A stretch of DNA of 63,675 bases from Malacoraja senta. Lineage: Eukaryota. The position numbers and the translations under genes were made by a program. Each line of letters opens with the position of its first letter. The first letter of the stretch is position 1. The notes under the pieces are model-generated. The model was not told the DNA's origin and did not search any database. It saw only the letters and a program-made list of their open reading frames with translations. Positions 24,259 through 37,349 of the stretch are shown in pieces. The DNA is taken from positions 2,418,001 through 2,481,675 of the forward strand of contig CM076000.1 in assembly GCA_038087875.1 (NCBI GenBank), given 5' to 3'.

Positions 24259-27200
24259 TATAGCTATTATTCTTGAAAATCTTGCAAGGTAAAACATTTT
24301 TTTATTGCGAGTCTAAAACCTTCCAGAGGGTGGTGAATCTGTGGAATTCATTGCCAGAGACTGCCAAGTATAGGCCAAGCCATTGGGTATTTTTAAGGCA
24401 CAGATTGACAGATTTTTGATTAGTACTGGTGACAGGGGTTATGGGGAGAAGGCAGGAGAATGGGTTTGAGAGGGAATGGTAGATCAGCGATGATTGAATG
24501 GCAGTGTAGACTTGATGGGACAAATGGCCTAATTATGCTCCTAGAACTTATGAACTTATGAACCTCGTCAAATTCATTCCAAAATGGACCTGGTGAACCT
24601 TTGCTGCACTCCCTCAGAGGCAAGTGTATCTTTCCTTTAAATAAAAATATAAAATGCTGGAAACACTCAGCTGGTTAGGCAGCATCTGTTGAAAGAGAAA
24701 CAGGTCACGGAAACTTCATCAGCACTGGGAAACATTGGGCATAAGCAAGAGGCTAAATGTAGCAGACATCAAAGTAGACACAAAGTGCTGGAGTAACTCA
24801 ACGGGTCAGGCAGCATCTCTGGAAAACATGAATAGGTGACGTTTTGGGTGGGGACCCTTCTTTGGACTGATTGTAGGTGTGGGTGGAGTGGGGGAGCTGG
24901 AAGTGAGGAGGGGCTGGACAAAACGTGGTAATAGGTAATGGGTGAACACAGATGAGGGGGGGGGGGAGTTGATAGGCAGATGGTTGGAACAAAGGCCAGA
25001 GATGAATGAACATAAGGTGTGAGACAGAAAGGATTGGAGAGGCAGCAATGTAGGTTGAGGCTTGTGGAAGTCATGGAGATAGAAAGGTGTAGAGCCAAGG
25101 GATTTAAAAAAGGATGAGAATTTTAATTTCTAGGCAAATATAAAATGAATGAGCAAGCATAAGGTTGTATGGAGAATGGAAATTAATTCATCAAGGTATA
25201 GAATGCTATAGTCCTAATACGGGTAAATGGAATTAGTGTAGATGGGTGCAAGAGTCGGCATGAAGATGGTGGGCCAAAGGACCTGTTTCTGTGCTGTATG
25301 ACTCCATGACTTTAAATGGTGCTGGTCGTGACCCAGGTAGTTCTCAATCTCAGCTCTACATTGGAAAGCCTAGAAGCTCACCAAGAGATCTTTTGAACGG
25401 TCAAGTCCAAATGTGGCAAAGTCAGGTATGAAAGTCATAAACAAGGAACTGCAGATGTTGGTATATCAAGGAAAGACACAAATTGTTGAAGTAACTGAGT
25501 GGGTCAGGCAGCATCTCTAGAGAACATGGTTAGTTGACGTTTCGGGTCGGGATCCTTCTGAAGGGTCACCATCCATTTAGTCTTCAGTCTTTAGAGATAC
25601 AGCGTGGAAACAGGCTCTTTGGCCCACCGACTCCAGGTCGACCAGCTCATACACTAGAACTATCTTACACAGCAGGAACAATTCTCAATTTTTTTTAACC
25701 AAAGCCAATGAATCTACAAACCTATACGTTTTTGGAGCGTGAGAGGAAACTGGAGCACCTGGATAAAACTCATGCAATCCCTGGGGGAATGTACAAACTC
25801 TACACAGACAGCACCTGTAGTCAGGATCAACCCCGGGTCTCTGGCGCTATGAGGCAGCAACTCTACCGCTGCACCACTGTGCTGCTCTCTGTTCTCCAGG
25901 GATGTTGCCTGACCGTTGAGTTACTCCAGCAATTAGTCATGACTGTGTACCACAGCAATGAGAAGAATGGAAAGGAATGAAAAATGATCATTACCCCCCT
26001 CCCTCCACCCCCACCCCTACCCCTCTCCCCCAACAGACAGATGGCTACAGTAATTGAGACAAAAAACAGGTGCTTTTATCCCTGAAGTATTTGAGTAATA
26101 TTTATACATTTTCTTTTATCTCATTAGGGCATGATACAAAAGCCTGTGGTCCCTTTTTGAAAATAGCATTATTCATGTCTGACTTATACATTGATAAAAG
26201 ATTCTGAGTTGCAGCTCTATGGGTTTCTAAAGTGCTGTCATCAAAATGGACTCAAGTGGGAAAGAAGAAGCAGAGGTTAAGGCATCGCTTGTCTTTTTGT
26301 CAATTACCAGTTCTTGATAGCTCACATTATGCCAGCTTCTGTTCTTTGTCAAAACAAAATCCCAACCAGCAGTAACTCCTTATGTAAACACGGGCTGCTT
26401 AGAATTAAAAGCAGCATGAATCACCAAACAACAGAACCCGAGTACAATGTGGATGTGTGAAACCGGCCTCAGGCGTAATTTGAACGCACGGTTCTTATAA
26501 AATGAGATTTCCAGCTAATCAAAGGCTTAAAAAAAAATTCTTCCAATATGCCATGCAATTAATATTAGTCTCTAGCACAACTTCTTTGAATTCCACACGA
26601 AGCAACATTTGCTATCATTGGCAACTTCTGAGGTATTTTCCGAAGAGTTATCTTTAGAAGCTTTTGTCCTGAAGTTGACGAAAATTGTCAAAAAATATTA
26701 TTTTAGAAAAGGAGACCTTCGCTTTCAACCAATTGGGGCAAGGGATAGAATTGAATTGCTGAACTTTACAACATAACAACATTCTTGTGGTGTCTGTGCA
26801 TTTTATAAAATCATAATTTTATTAAGGATGAGATTTGGATTCTGAAAGGCAATGGAAAAGCATATTGATGTAACAATGTTGGAGTATAGAGGATATACAG
26901 AGCTGTTAGTTTTATGACATTATAATTTGGCATCACAGCCATTCCAGAACTTCAGTGAATACTTGATGTGAATATATCAATGTACCTTGCAAACGCTCCT
27001 CTATAATTTCAGGCACATCTCTGCAGGCTTTTTGTCTCCTAAATTAGGCGATTTGAATGACTCACTGACATGCCTTACATTTCAGTAGAAAAAATAGGCA
27101 GAAATAAACAAATCGGAAATCATTCCCTCAGCAAAGCAAGGCCCATTCAGTTTAATGTCATCTTTTTCACTGTACGCACGTGTATTCAGTGGCAAATAAA

Positions 27201-27789
27201 ATTCTGCTCACAACATTTAATAAAACGTGCAAATATTCTTAAGATTTTACTTAGAATATTGCGTGCTGGTTTTAAAAATTACCTCTAATCGCACCTTTAG
27301 TAAATTTGAATTGTTTGTGATTCTTTTTTATCCATGGAACAAATCCAATCCAAGCCCAGAGACATATTGTAACTGTGGGTCTTCCCTTTGCCGCAGCGTG
27401 GATGAATTTTGCCAAAGATATTTCAATGTTCATAGTTAATATGTGGAAGCAATTATAAAAATATGTTACAAGGATAAGAAGTCATAAAAGTAAACATGGG
27501 GAGAGAGGTTGAAAGCGTAAGAGCAGTGGAATAGGCAGACAGCTGGCACAGTGAACAATATCTGTGGGATGCTTTCTGAGACACTGACTGTCTCCAGTCT
27601 TCCTGTGGATTTCTTGGTGAAGGCTTTGGCCTGATGAAGCTCGTGACCTGTGATTTGAGATGGGGTTTTTTGTTTGCCGCATTGGGAATAATAGTGTCTT
27701 CCCACGTCAATTTTAACTGGGAGCAGGTTCTGGGTGGGCAAGTCCCAAGGTGAGTGCCAAGAACACCCAGCATGAAGCCACACCTGGGA

Positions 27790-28381
27790 AGTTCGGCATG
27801 TCCCCAACAACTCTCACCAACTTCAACAGATGCGCCGTCTAAAGCATTTTATCGGGATGCATCATAGCACGGTTGGGAAACATCTCCAAGCGAGTCCGCA
27901 AAGAATTGCAGAGAGTTGTAGATGCAGCCCAGACCATCACGCAAAACAACCTCCCTTCCCTCGACTCCATTTACACCTCACGCTGCCTCGGCAAGGCCAC
28001 TAGCATAATCAAGGATAAGTCTCACCCAGACACTCCCCTCTCCCTTCAGGCAAGTGATAAAGAAGTGTGAAAACGCACCCCTCCAGATTTAGGGACAGTT
28101 TCTTCCCAGCTGTTAACAGTCAACTGAACCATCCTATTAACAGGTAGACGGCAGTCCTGAGCTACTATCTATCTAATTGGAGGCCCTCAGACTATCTTTG
28201 ATCAGACTTTGTTCAAATGGACTGGACTTTCTCTTGCTTTAAACATTCGCTATTCCCTTAATCGCGTATCTATGCACTGTGGATGGCTCAATTGTAATCA
28301 TGTATTGTCTTTCCGCTGAGTGGAAACCATACAAACAAAAGCTTGTCACTGTACCTCGGTACACGTGACAATAAACTAAAC
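27790..28381 (+). mobile_element. Rex1/Babar-type LINE 3' fragment
   Basis: LTNFNRCAV.SILSGCIIARLGN..RKELQRVVDAAQTITQNNLPSLDSIYTSRCLGKATSIIKD. Tail TCACTGTACCTCGGTACACGTGACAATAAA. Confidence 0.75.
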
Positions 28382-28785
28382 CAGTCAGTTGCCCTCCGGA
28401 AATGGAGGGAAGTGCTGGTTGGCTGGTGGCTTCAGGAGAAGAGAGATTTGGGTAGGCAGGAACTCACTGACGTGAACTCAGGTAATATCCGGCAAGAGAG
28501 AATGTAGTGGGAGATTAGCCCAGAGCATAGGAGGCCAGGTCTTCCCCTGTGGAATCCAGGGAAACATTCCTACTCCTCCTGAAAGATAATTTAAAAAAAA
28601 CACCCGACTTAGATGGTTTCTTTGAGCCCCCACACAGTGAACGGCAGGGCTCTGGGAAGTGTTGTAGTGCAGTGGGATCTAGGAGTGCAGGTACATAGTC
28701 CCTTGAATGTGGCGTCACAAGTAGATAGGGTGGTCAAGAAGACATTTGGCACATTGGCTTTCATCAGTCAGAGTATTGAGTATAG

Positions 28786-28992
28786 AAGATAGACACAAAA
28801 AGCTGGAGTAACTCAGCGGGTCAGGTAGCATCTCTGGAAAAAAGCAACAGATTCGGGTCGAAACAGGAAGGATCTCGACCCGAAACGTCACCTATTCCTT
28901 TCATCCAGAGATACTGCCTGACCCGTTGAGTTACCCCAGCTTTTTGTATCTACCTTCGGTGTAAACCAACATCTGCGGTTCACTCCTACACA
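28786..28992. mobile_element. Penelope-type short element with inverted plus direct copies and a 12-bp TSD
   Basis: TATTGAGTATAG at 28774-28785 and 28993-29004. The insert is a fold-back of the same repeat and lies inside a CR1 fragment. Confidence 0.7.
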
Positions 28993-29967
28993 TATTGAGT
29001 ATAGCATTTGGGAGGATATGTTACAGTTGTACAAAACATTGGTGAGGCTGCATTTAGAGTATTGTGTTCAGTTTTGATCACCTGTTATAGAAAAGATGTT
29101 GTTAAGCTGGAAAGGATGCAGCGAAGATTTACGAGGATGTTGCCGTGACTCGTGGGCCTGAGCTGTAGGGAATGTTGAGCAATGGTAGGAACCAAAATGA
29201 ATGTTGCGCGAGACTGACTAACCAAAATCCTACACAATAATAATAGCAATACAATTAGTAGTCACATAATAATAACCATACTAATAATTCAATTCAATGA
29301 TTCAATGACATTTTATCGTCACATGTACCTAGGTACAGTGAAATGCTTTGTTTTTGCATACAATCCAGTAAAATCATATGCAGACTTCACCTAGGCAGTA
29401 CGCAAAGAGTTGCCACATTTTTGGCACCGACAAAGTTTCAACAGTTCTTAGTACAGTCGCATCTTCTCACATCAGCCCCCTGCTGGGTCACTTTTTATTC
29501 TCGGTAGCCCACCCGCCTGCCCGCCCGATTGCTCTCAGCCCACCAGGCATACAGCACCACGGTGCATCCCGGGAACCTTCTGCCACTGCAAGGCACAGAT
29601 ATAATAATATATGCTATGGTATTATTATAAACCTTACAAGAATAAATGCAATACAATAAACTAAGATTATAAAACCCATGTCAAGTGGTTTATCACTGTT
29701 GCATTGTATACAGTGCCTTCTTGACTCAGGTGAATACCATGTGCCTCAAATGAAGGTTATCGTTGTTTGAAGCTCCATGTCTATGTGTGGGAATGAGTGA
29801 GATTGAGACAAAGGTTTGGAGACCATTCACTATTCTGCTGTTGAGGAAGATTATTCTGCAGGAAGTGAAATGAAAGAAGTTTACAAATTTGCAGAAGGTA
29901 GATGAAAAAAAGGGCAATCGTCAAAGCCCAAATTAGATTTGGATAGGAAAAGGCAGAAATAGAAGAC

Positions 29968-30285
29968 TTCCAGTTCACGTGCACCTCCTGTAACCTCATC
30001 TACTGCATGAGGTTCCCGGTGTGCCCTCCTATACATCGGTGAAAACAAATGTAAAATTGGCGACCTTTTTGCCGAATACTTGTGCTCAGTCCACCAAGGC
30101 CTACTGGATATCCTGGTTGCTAACCATTTTAGCTCCACTTCCCATTCCCATACTGACCTTTCTGTCCTGGACCTCCTACAATACCAGAATGGCCACATGG
30201 AAACTGGAGGAATAACATCTCATATTTCACTTGGGTAGCTTACAACCCAATAGTATGAACATTGAATGCTTCAATTTTAGGTAAT
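29968..30285 (+). mobile_element. Penelope-like element GIY-YIG endonuclease remnant
   Basis: FTCTSCNLIYC / LLYIGENKCKIGDLFAEYLCSV / KLEE*HLIFHLGSLQPNSMNIECFNF (frameshifted). Confidence 0.7.
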
Positions 30286-31850
30286 CTCATACAACCCCCC
30301 CCCCCACACCCCTTTAACCCCCCCCCCCTCCGCCCCTTCCACCACATCTTTCCTCACAATATTCTAAATGTGGCCTGACCAGGACCTTATAAAGCTTCCA
30401 CATTACATTCTTGTAAAAGCTACTTGCGACACAACCAGCTCTCCTGCCATTTTCTTTGTCCTCTGTGTGTTGAATGTTATATTTCCTGAAGGCACAGAAG
30501 GAGACCGTCAGCGCATCGAGTCAATAGCAGCTCATGGAACAATCACATTGCCCCACTTACTTCCCCCGTGAACTTTTGAAGAAGTCTGAAGAAGGGTTCC
30601 GACCCAAAACATCACCCATCCATTTTCTCCAGAGATGCTGCCTGAGTTACTCCAGCAATTTGAGTCTATCTTTGGCATAAACCAGCACCTGCAGTTCTTT
30701 TGTTTCTATTTTATCAAATGCTGCCTGGATTGGAGGGTTTCAACTACAGGGAGAGGTTGGTAGACTTGGATTGTTTTCTCTGAAACAACGAAGGTTGAGG
30801 GGAGACCTGATAGAAGTATATAAAATGATCAGAGGCATAGATAGGATAGAAGGGCACAACCTCAGAATGCACATGCCCAATACTAGACGTGTGGGTTTCC
30901 TCTGGGTGCTCCGGTATCCTGCCATGCTTGAAAGATGTACAGGTTTGTAGGTTAATTGGCTTCTGCAAATTGTAAGTACTCCCTAGTGTGTAGGATAGTG
31001 TTAGTATAGGGAGGGATCGCTGGTTGGCACGGACTCGCTGGGCCGAAGGGCCTGTTTCTATGCCATATCTCTAAAGTCCAAAGACTAGAGAGCATTGCCT
31101 TATGGTGAGCAGGGGAAAGTTTAATGGAGATGTGTGGGGCAAGTTTTTTACACAGAGGGTGGTGGAAGCCTGGAACGTATTGCCTGGGATGGTGGTGGAG
31201 ACAGATACGATAGTGGCGTTTAAGAGGCTTTTAGATAAGCACATGGAAGTGCAGGGAATAGAGGGATATGGATCATGTACAGGCAGATGAGATGAGATCA
31301 GTTTAACTTGGCATCATGTTCGGCACAAACATTCCTGTGCTGTACGTACTGTTGTATGTTCTACCACATTATTGGGGCTACTGCACCTACTGTGGAAATG
31401 TAGTGTTAATATCTGCATAAGCACACACTGCACTAATCCACTAAAGAACAGGGACAGTGTGCCATTGTATTGAAAAGAACCAAAAGGCATTATTTTCAGA
31501 TATTTAAGTCTATTACAATTATACTGGATTTGAGTTTCTTTAATGATAGAACATTAAACTTGTGTGAAACCAAGAAATCCTCTGCGTATAAAACAATGCA
31601 CAATATTCAATTCATCAGTGCTTTGCTTTAATTTAGGTAATATGATAAGCTTGCAATATTCAATTACAGATTCATAGATGTCAGTACAGAGTTTGAGGCA
31701 AAACAAATCACTTCCTTTAATTCAGTAACTCTTCCCAGAACTGGTGAGTCTATAATACATGTTCCTTTGCTTTGAAATAAAGGCAATTGGCCGCAAGTAA
31801 ACCCAAGTAAAATGTAGCATTAGATGTAATTAAAATGTAGCATAAAATGT

Positions 31851-31980
31851 CTGAAGAATGGTTTCGACCCGAAACGTTGCCTATTTCCTTCGCTCCATAG
31901 ATGCTGCCTCACCCGCTGAGTTTCTCCAGCATTTAAGTCTATCTTTGATTTTCCAGCATCTGCAGTTCCTTCTTAAATAA
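31851..31980 (+). mobile_element. Short Penelope-type element starting at a hammerhead motif
   Basis: CTGAAGAATGGTTTCGACCCGAAACGTTG. Flanked by ATAAAATGT at 31842-31850 and 31981-31989. Confidence 0.65.
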
Positions 31981-32824
31981 ATAAAATGTAGCATTAAGTG
32001 GAAATGGGCGTAAAAGGCCAGGTTTTCACTGCTTTTGTTTGTTTAGTTCCCCACATCCCACCTTTTAAATTTCACTGAAGTCACATTTCCACAACGAGGA
32101 ATGGTTCATTGGACACCAGAATAAGCCTCAGACCACTGATCACATTATCACTGTTGTAATGAAAATACAGCCACACTGGAAATTATTAATGTGTTTGATA
32201 GAAGAAAATTAATTTCACACAGAGGGTGTTGGGTATTTGGAATGAGCTGCCAAACAAGGTTGTTGAGGCAGGTACAATAACAACATTTAAAAGAAGCTTG
32301 GACAGGTAAGTGGACAGTTTTGTTTTTTAGTTTAGAGATACAGCACGGAAATAGGCCCTTCGGCCCACCGAGTCTGCGCCGACCAGTGATCCCCACACGC
32401 TAACACTATTCTACACACGCACTAGGGACAATTCACAATTTTACCAAAGCCAATTAACCCACAAACCTGTACGTCTTTGGAGTGTGGGAGGGTGCCGGAG
32501 CACCCGGAGAAAACCCACGCAGGTCACGGGGCAAACGTGCAAACTCCGTACTGATGGCACCCGTAGTCAGGATCAAACCCGGCTCTCTGGTGCTGTACGG
32601 CAGCAGCTCTACCACTGCATCAGTTTTTGGAATTCCCTGAATTGATTACAGTAATAAGGGTGCTGGGACACAAGGCTTCCGATTGATGCAAGGTCTTTTC
32701 TGCTGCTGCTATGGTCCCCACCGCACATCGTGGATGTTCAGCTTTGACCCACCAGATGTGTTCCGGTCTTTCCCATTCAGTACACTTCCAAGTCTCTATT
32801 TTACCAAGGTCCGTGATGACCAGA

Positions 32825-33250
32825 AGACATAGGAACGGAATTAGATCATTTAGCCCATCAAGTCGACTCCATCATGTCTGATCCAATTTCCACATTCTCC
32901 TGCCTTCTCCCTGTAACCTTTGAAGCCCTTACTAATCAAGAAACTATCAATCTCCGCTTTAAAAATGCCCAATGACTTGGTCTCCACTGCCGTCTGTGGC
33001 AATGAATTCCACAGATTCACTGCCCTGTAGCTAAGAAAATTCCTCCTCATCTCCAGACTGAAGGTACATTCTTTTATATTGAAGCTGTGCCCTCTGGTCC
33101 AACACCCTCCCACTACTGGAAACATCCTCTCCACATCCACTCTATCTAGACCTTTCATTATTTGGTAAGTTTCAACGAGATATCCCCTCATCCTTCAAAA
33201 CTCCAGCGAGTACAGGCCCAGAGCTGTGAAACGCTGCTCATATATTGTCC
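32825..33250 (-). mobile_element. CR1 LINE 3' fragment
   Basis: MRGYLVETYQIMKGLDRVD..TRGHS..RNFLSYRAVNLWNSLP. Confidence 0.85.
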
Positions 33251-35647
33251 CAATCAAGGTGCTACACTTGGATGAATGCAGCCTTGCTATCAAGGTCCAT
33301 CACTCTCCCCTCACCTCAATTATACTGCTATGGTGGAGAGTGGCCTTACTGTGAAGACAACCATAATGAGCTCAGGTAAATACCCAATAAATGTATTTAT
33401 TAACCCCCCCCCCCTCCCCTCCCCTCCCTTGACCCCTGGCTGACCTTGCACTTATCTCTTCCCTTCACTCCCCTCCCCCTCTACCTACATTCCTAAACAA
33501 TTTGCACCATCAATCTTCTAGCTTCACAATTCTCTAATCCTTTTGTCCCACACCTTGTGCGTGTTCAACCATCTGCCTATTACCCCCCTCCCCTTTGTTC
33601 CCTATGACCCACCGAGCTTTGTCCTGCCCCTCCACTCTTCCAGCTTTCTTTCCCCCCCACCCCGGCAATCAGTCCGAAGAAGGGTCCCGACCCAAACGTC
33701 ACCTATCTATGTTCTCCAGGGATGCTGCCTGATTCACTAAGTCACTCCAGCAATTTGTCTTTCAATGGTTCAATGGTTTCTTTATTTTCACGTTCATACA
33801 GTGAAATACTTTTTCTTGGAAAACCAGCATCTGCAGTTCCTTGTTTCTAAACGTATTAAACGGATTAAACATATTATGGCTACTTAAATTAGCCATGATT
33901 AAATGGCAGAGTAGACTTTAGACTTTAGACTTTAGTGATACAGCGGGGAATCAGGCCCTTCAGCCCACGCCACGCAGCGACCACCCGTGCACAAGCACTA
34001 TCCTACAAACGAGGGGAAATTTGCAATTTTACCAAAGTCAATTAACCTACAAATCTATATGTCTTTTGGAGTGCGGGAGGAAACCGGAGCACCTGGAGAA
34101 AACCCACGTGGTCACAGGAGAACGTACGAACTCCGTACAGACAACCCACGTTGTCAGGATCGAACCCGGGTCTCTGGCGCTGTAAGGCAGCAACTCTACT
34201 GCTGCGCCACTGTGCCGCTCTTGATGGTCCAAATGGCCCTAATTCTGCTCCTATAACTTATGACCTTATTACCATCAAATTTAATTATTGATTTTATTTC
34301 TAATCACTTTTAGTTAATTTTAATTAATGCAGCTTGGCAGACAATCTATCAGATACATTTTTGAAGCAGATTTTTATGCTACGAACAAACTGGCTGGAGA
34401 CGCACCTTAAAAACAATGGATAATCCTCCGTCTCCTTTACTTTGATGCAAGTGGCATGTGCGTCCTTTCATCACAATTCACCATTCTTTTAAGTAAATAA
34501 TGCTGAAACAGAACACAGCAGAGGGGGGGAAATGTAGCTAAGGTGCCACACACTAACCTGATGTTATTAGTGTCAATGTTGGAAATCCCCAATGCATTAA
34601 TTAAATATTTCAGAAAGCTCTCCTGGGCTTATACAAAAGGATTATTGTACTGTGTATCTTTTATATGTTTTTTTTCATTAGACAGCCACGAATGATGCAT
34701 GTTATATCCTAGCCCTGATGCACATCAGAAGGCTTTATTGTAAGGAGCATCTGTATAATAGGCTTTACAGATCAGTTTGACATATTTGTTGTGTGCAGTG
34801 CCTGCTGATTCCATTCATTCTGGGTCAGTTGCAATCACTCCAAATTCAAATTGTTCAATTAGCAGTTTTCACATGAAGAGTTAACTAGTGAAGTTGGCAA
34901 GAACATGGAGACACAAGGAACTGCAGATGCTGGAATCTTGAGGAAAACACAAAGTGGTGGTGGAACTCAGCGGGTCAGGAAGCATGTGGTCTCATGGAGA
35001 ACTTTCGACTTTAGAGATACAGTGCGGAAGGGGAAACAGGTCCTTCATGCCCACCGAGTCCGCGCCGACCAGTGATCACCCCGTACACTATCACTATCCT
35101 ACACACTAGGGACAATATACACTTTTGTTACCAAAGCCACTGAGTAACTCAATGGGTCAGACAGCATCTCTGCAGGACATAGATCGGTGGCGTTTCAGTT
35201 CGGTAGCCTTTTTCAGACTCAGAGATATATGCAGTATGCTTTACATACAGCTTCCCAGGTTCAATCTGAATTCAATAGCTCTATTCAAACTCAGACTGTA
35301 TAAATAGATACAGCGCCCCAGGGCTAATTTCTCCTAGTTGTCAGATAAAGCCTCATTATCAAAATATGTGTGTGGAGATCAGTTGAAGACAGGATTTCAA
35401 ACACCTGCGATCGTGTGGCTAATTCTTATTTTCGAAGTAACAGTGCAGGAGTAACTCAGCCAGTCAGGCGGCATCTCTACAGAACATGGACAGAAGAAGA
35501 GTCCCGACTTGAAACGTCGCCTGTTCATGTTCTACTGGATCTGCTGAATTACTCCAGCACTTTGTGTCTTTTTTTTGTAAACCAGCATCTGCAGTTCCTG
35601 GTGCCTGCCTCTGTTTCTTACTTTCTACCATCAAATACCTAGGGGAC

Positions 35648-36122
35648 TTACAAGGATGTTGCCAGGACTAGAGGGTCTGAGCTATAGGGAGAGGTTGAGC
35701 AGGCTGGGTCTCTATTCCTTGGAGTGCAGGAGGATGAGGGGTGATCTTTTAGAGGTGTATAAAATCATGAGAGGAATAGATCGGGCAGATGCACAGAATC
35801 TCTTGCCCAGAGTAGGGGATTGAGGACCAGAGGACATAGGTTCAAGGTGAAGGGGAAAAGATGTAATAGGAATCTGAGGGGTAACCTTTTCACACAAAGA
35901 GTGGTTGGTGCATGGAGCAAGCTGCCAGGGGAGGTAGTTGAGGCTGGGACTATCCCAACATTTAAGAAACAGTTAGACAGGTACATGGATAGGACAAGTT
36001 TGGATATGGACCATGTGCAGGCAAGTGGGACTAGTGTAGTTGGGACATGTTGGCCAGTATGGGCAACTTGGGCTGAAGGGCATATTTCCACACTGTATCA
36101 CTCTATAACTTTATGACTCTAT
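35648..36122 (+). mobile_element. CR1 LINE 3' fragment (second subfamily)
   Basis: RMLPGLEGLSYRERL..TRGHRFKVKG..FTQRVVGAWSKLP, with a CTCTATGA-type tail. Confidence 0.85.
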
Positions 36123-36204
36123 GGTGCCACAGAAGTATAGGCTGATATTCCAGCACTGAGGCAGCTCCGCGGAATTCCTACCTCTTGGGCGAGATATGCA
36201 TGAA

Positions 36205-36509
36205 GCATGGTGGTGCAGCGGTAGAGTTGATGCCTTACAGCGCCAGAGACCCGGGTTCGATCCTGACTCCAGGTGCTGTCTGTACGGAGTTTGTACATTC
36301 TCCCTGTAACCGTGTGGATTTTCTCCGAGTGCTCTGGTTTCCTCCGACACTCCAAAGGCGTACAGGTTTGTAGGTTAATTGGCTTTGGTAAGAATTATAA
36401 ATTGTGTGTAGAATAGTGCTAGTGTATGGGGTGATCACTGATCGGCGAAGACTCGGTGGGCCAAAGGGCCTGTTTCCGCGCTGAATCTCTTAACTAAACT
36501 AAACTAAAC
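36205..36509 (+). mobile_element. HE1/V-SINE-type SINE
   Basis: Head with GGGTTCGATCC B-box, core domain, (CTAAA)n tail. Confidence 0.85.
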
Positions 36510-37349
36510 ATGTCAGTAAACCAAGCCAGTGCAAATGTTGGAGTTTTGAGATACATCACGGTAACAGGCCCTTTGGCTCACCAAATCCACACCCACCACT
36601 GATCACTCATTCACACTAGTTCTATGTTATCCCTTTTTCTCATCCATTCCCTACACACTAGGACCATTTTACAGAGTTAATTGGCCTCTGTAAATTGCCC
36701 CTAGTGTGGAGGGAGTGCATGAAAAGGTGGGATAACATAGAATTAGTGTGTACAGGTGATCGACAGTCAGCGTGGATTCAGTGGGCCAAAGGGCCTGTTT
36801 CCAAGCTACAATTAACCCACAAATCCGCACATCTTCGAGATGTGAGAGGAAAATGGAGCATCTGGAGCAAATCCATGCAGTCACAGGGAGAACATGCAAA
36901 CTCCGCACATACAGCGCCTGAGGTCGGGAGAGAACCCAGCTCTCTGGCACAGTGAGGCAGCAGCTCTACCAGCTGTGCCACTGTGCGGTCTGTTCTTCAA
37001 GGTGGATGTAATAGGTAACAAGGGATTGACCTGAAGAAGGGCTTTCTCCCCAGAATCCTGACAACAGTACATCCCTCAAGCATTAAAGGCAAAAATATCT
37101 TATCAGTATCAAATAGGATTTTACTTCGGAGTCAAGTGAGTGATTCCGTGAAGAAGTCCCGCCAGAGCGCATGCGCGTCATTACGTCTGACGCATTGGCG
37201 CACGGACCAGCGGGAGGACAGAGCTCCTCCTGTGGTAAGTAGTTTTAAAGTAGTTTTTAAAAAACTCCAGCTAAGTGGGAAAACTTAGCTGGAGTGAGAA
37301 GTTGTTTTGCTGTGGTGCCGTGCTCTGTTGGGTTTTTACAGGAAGCACC

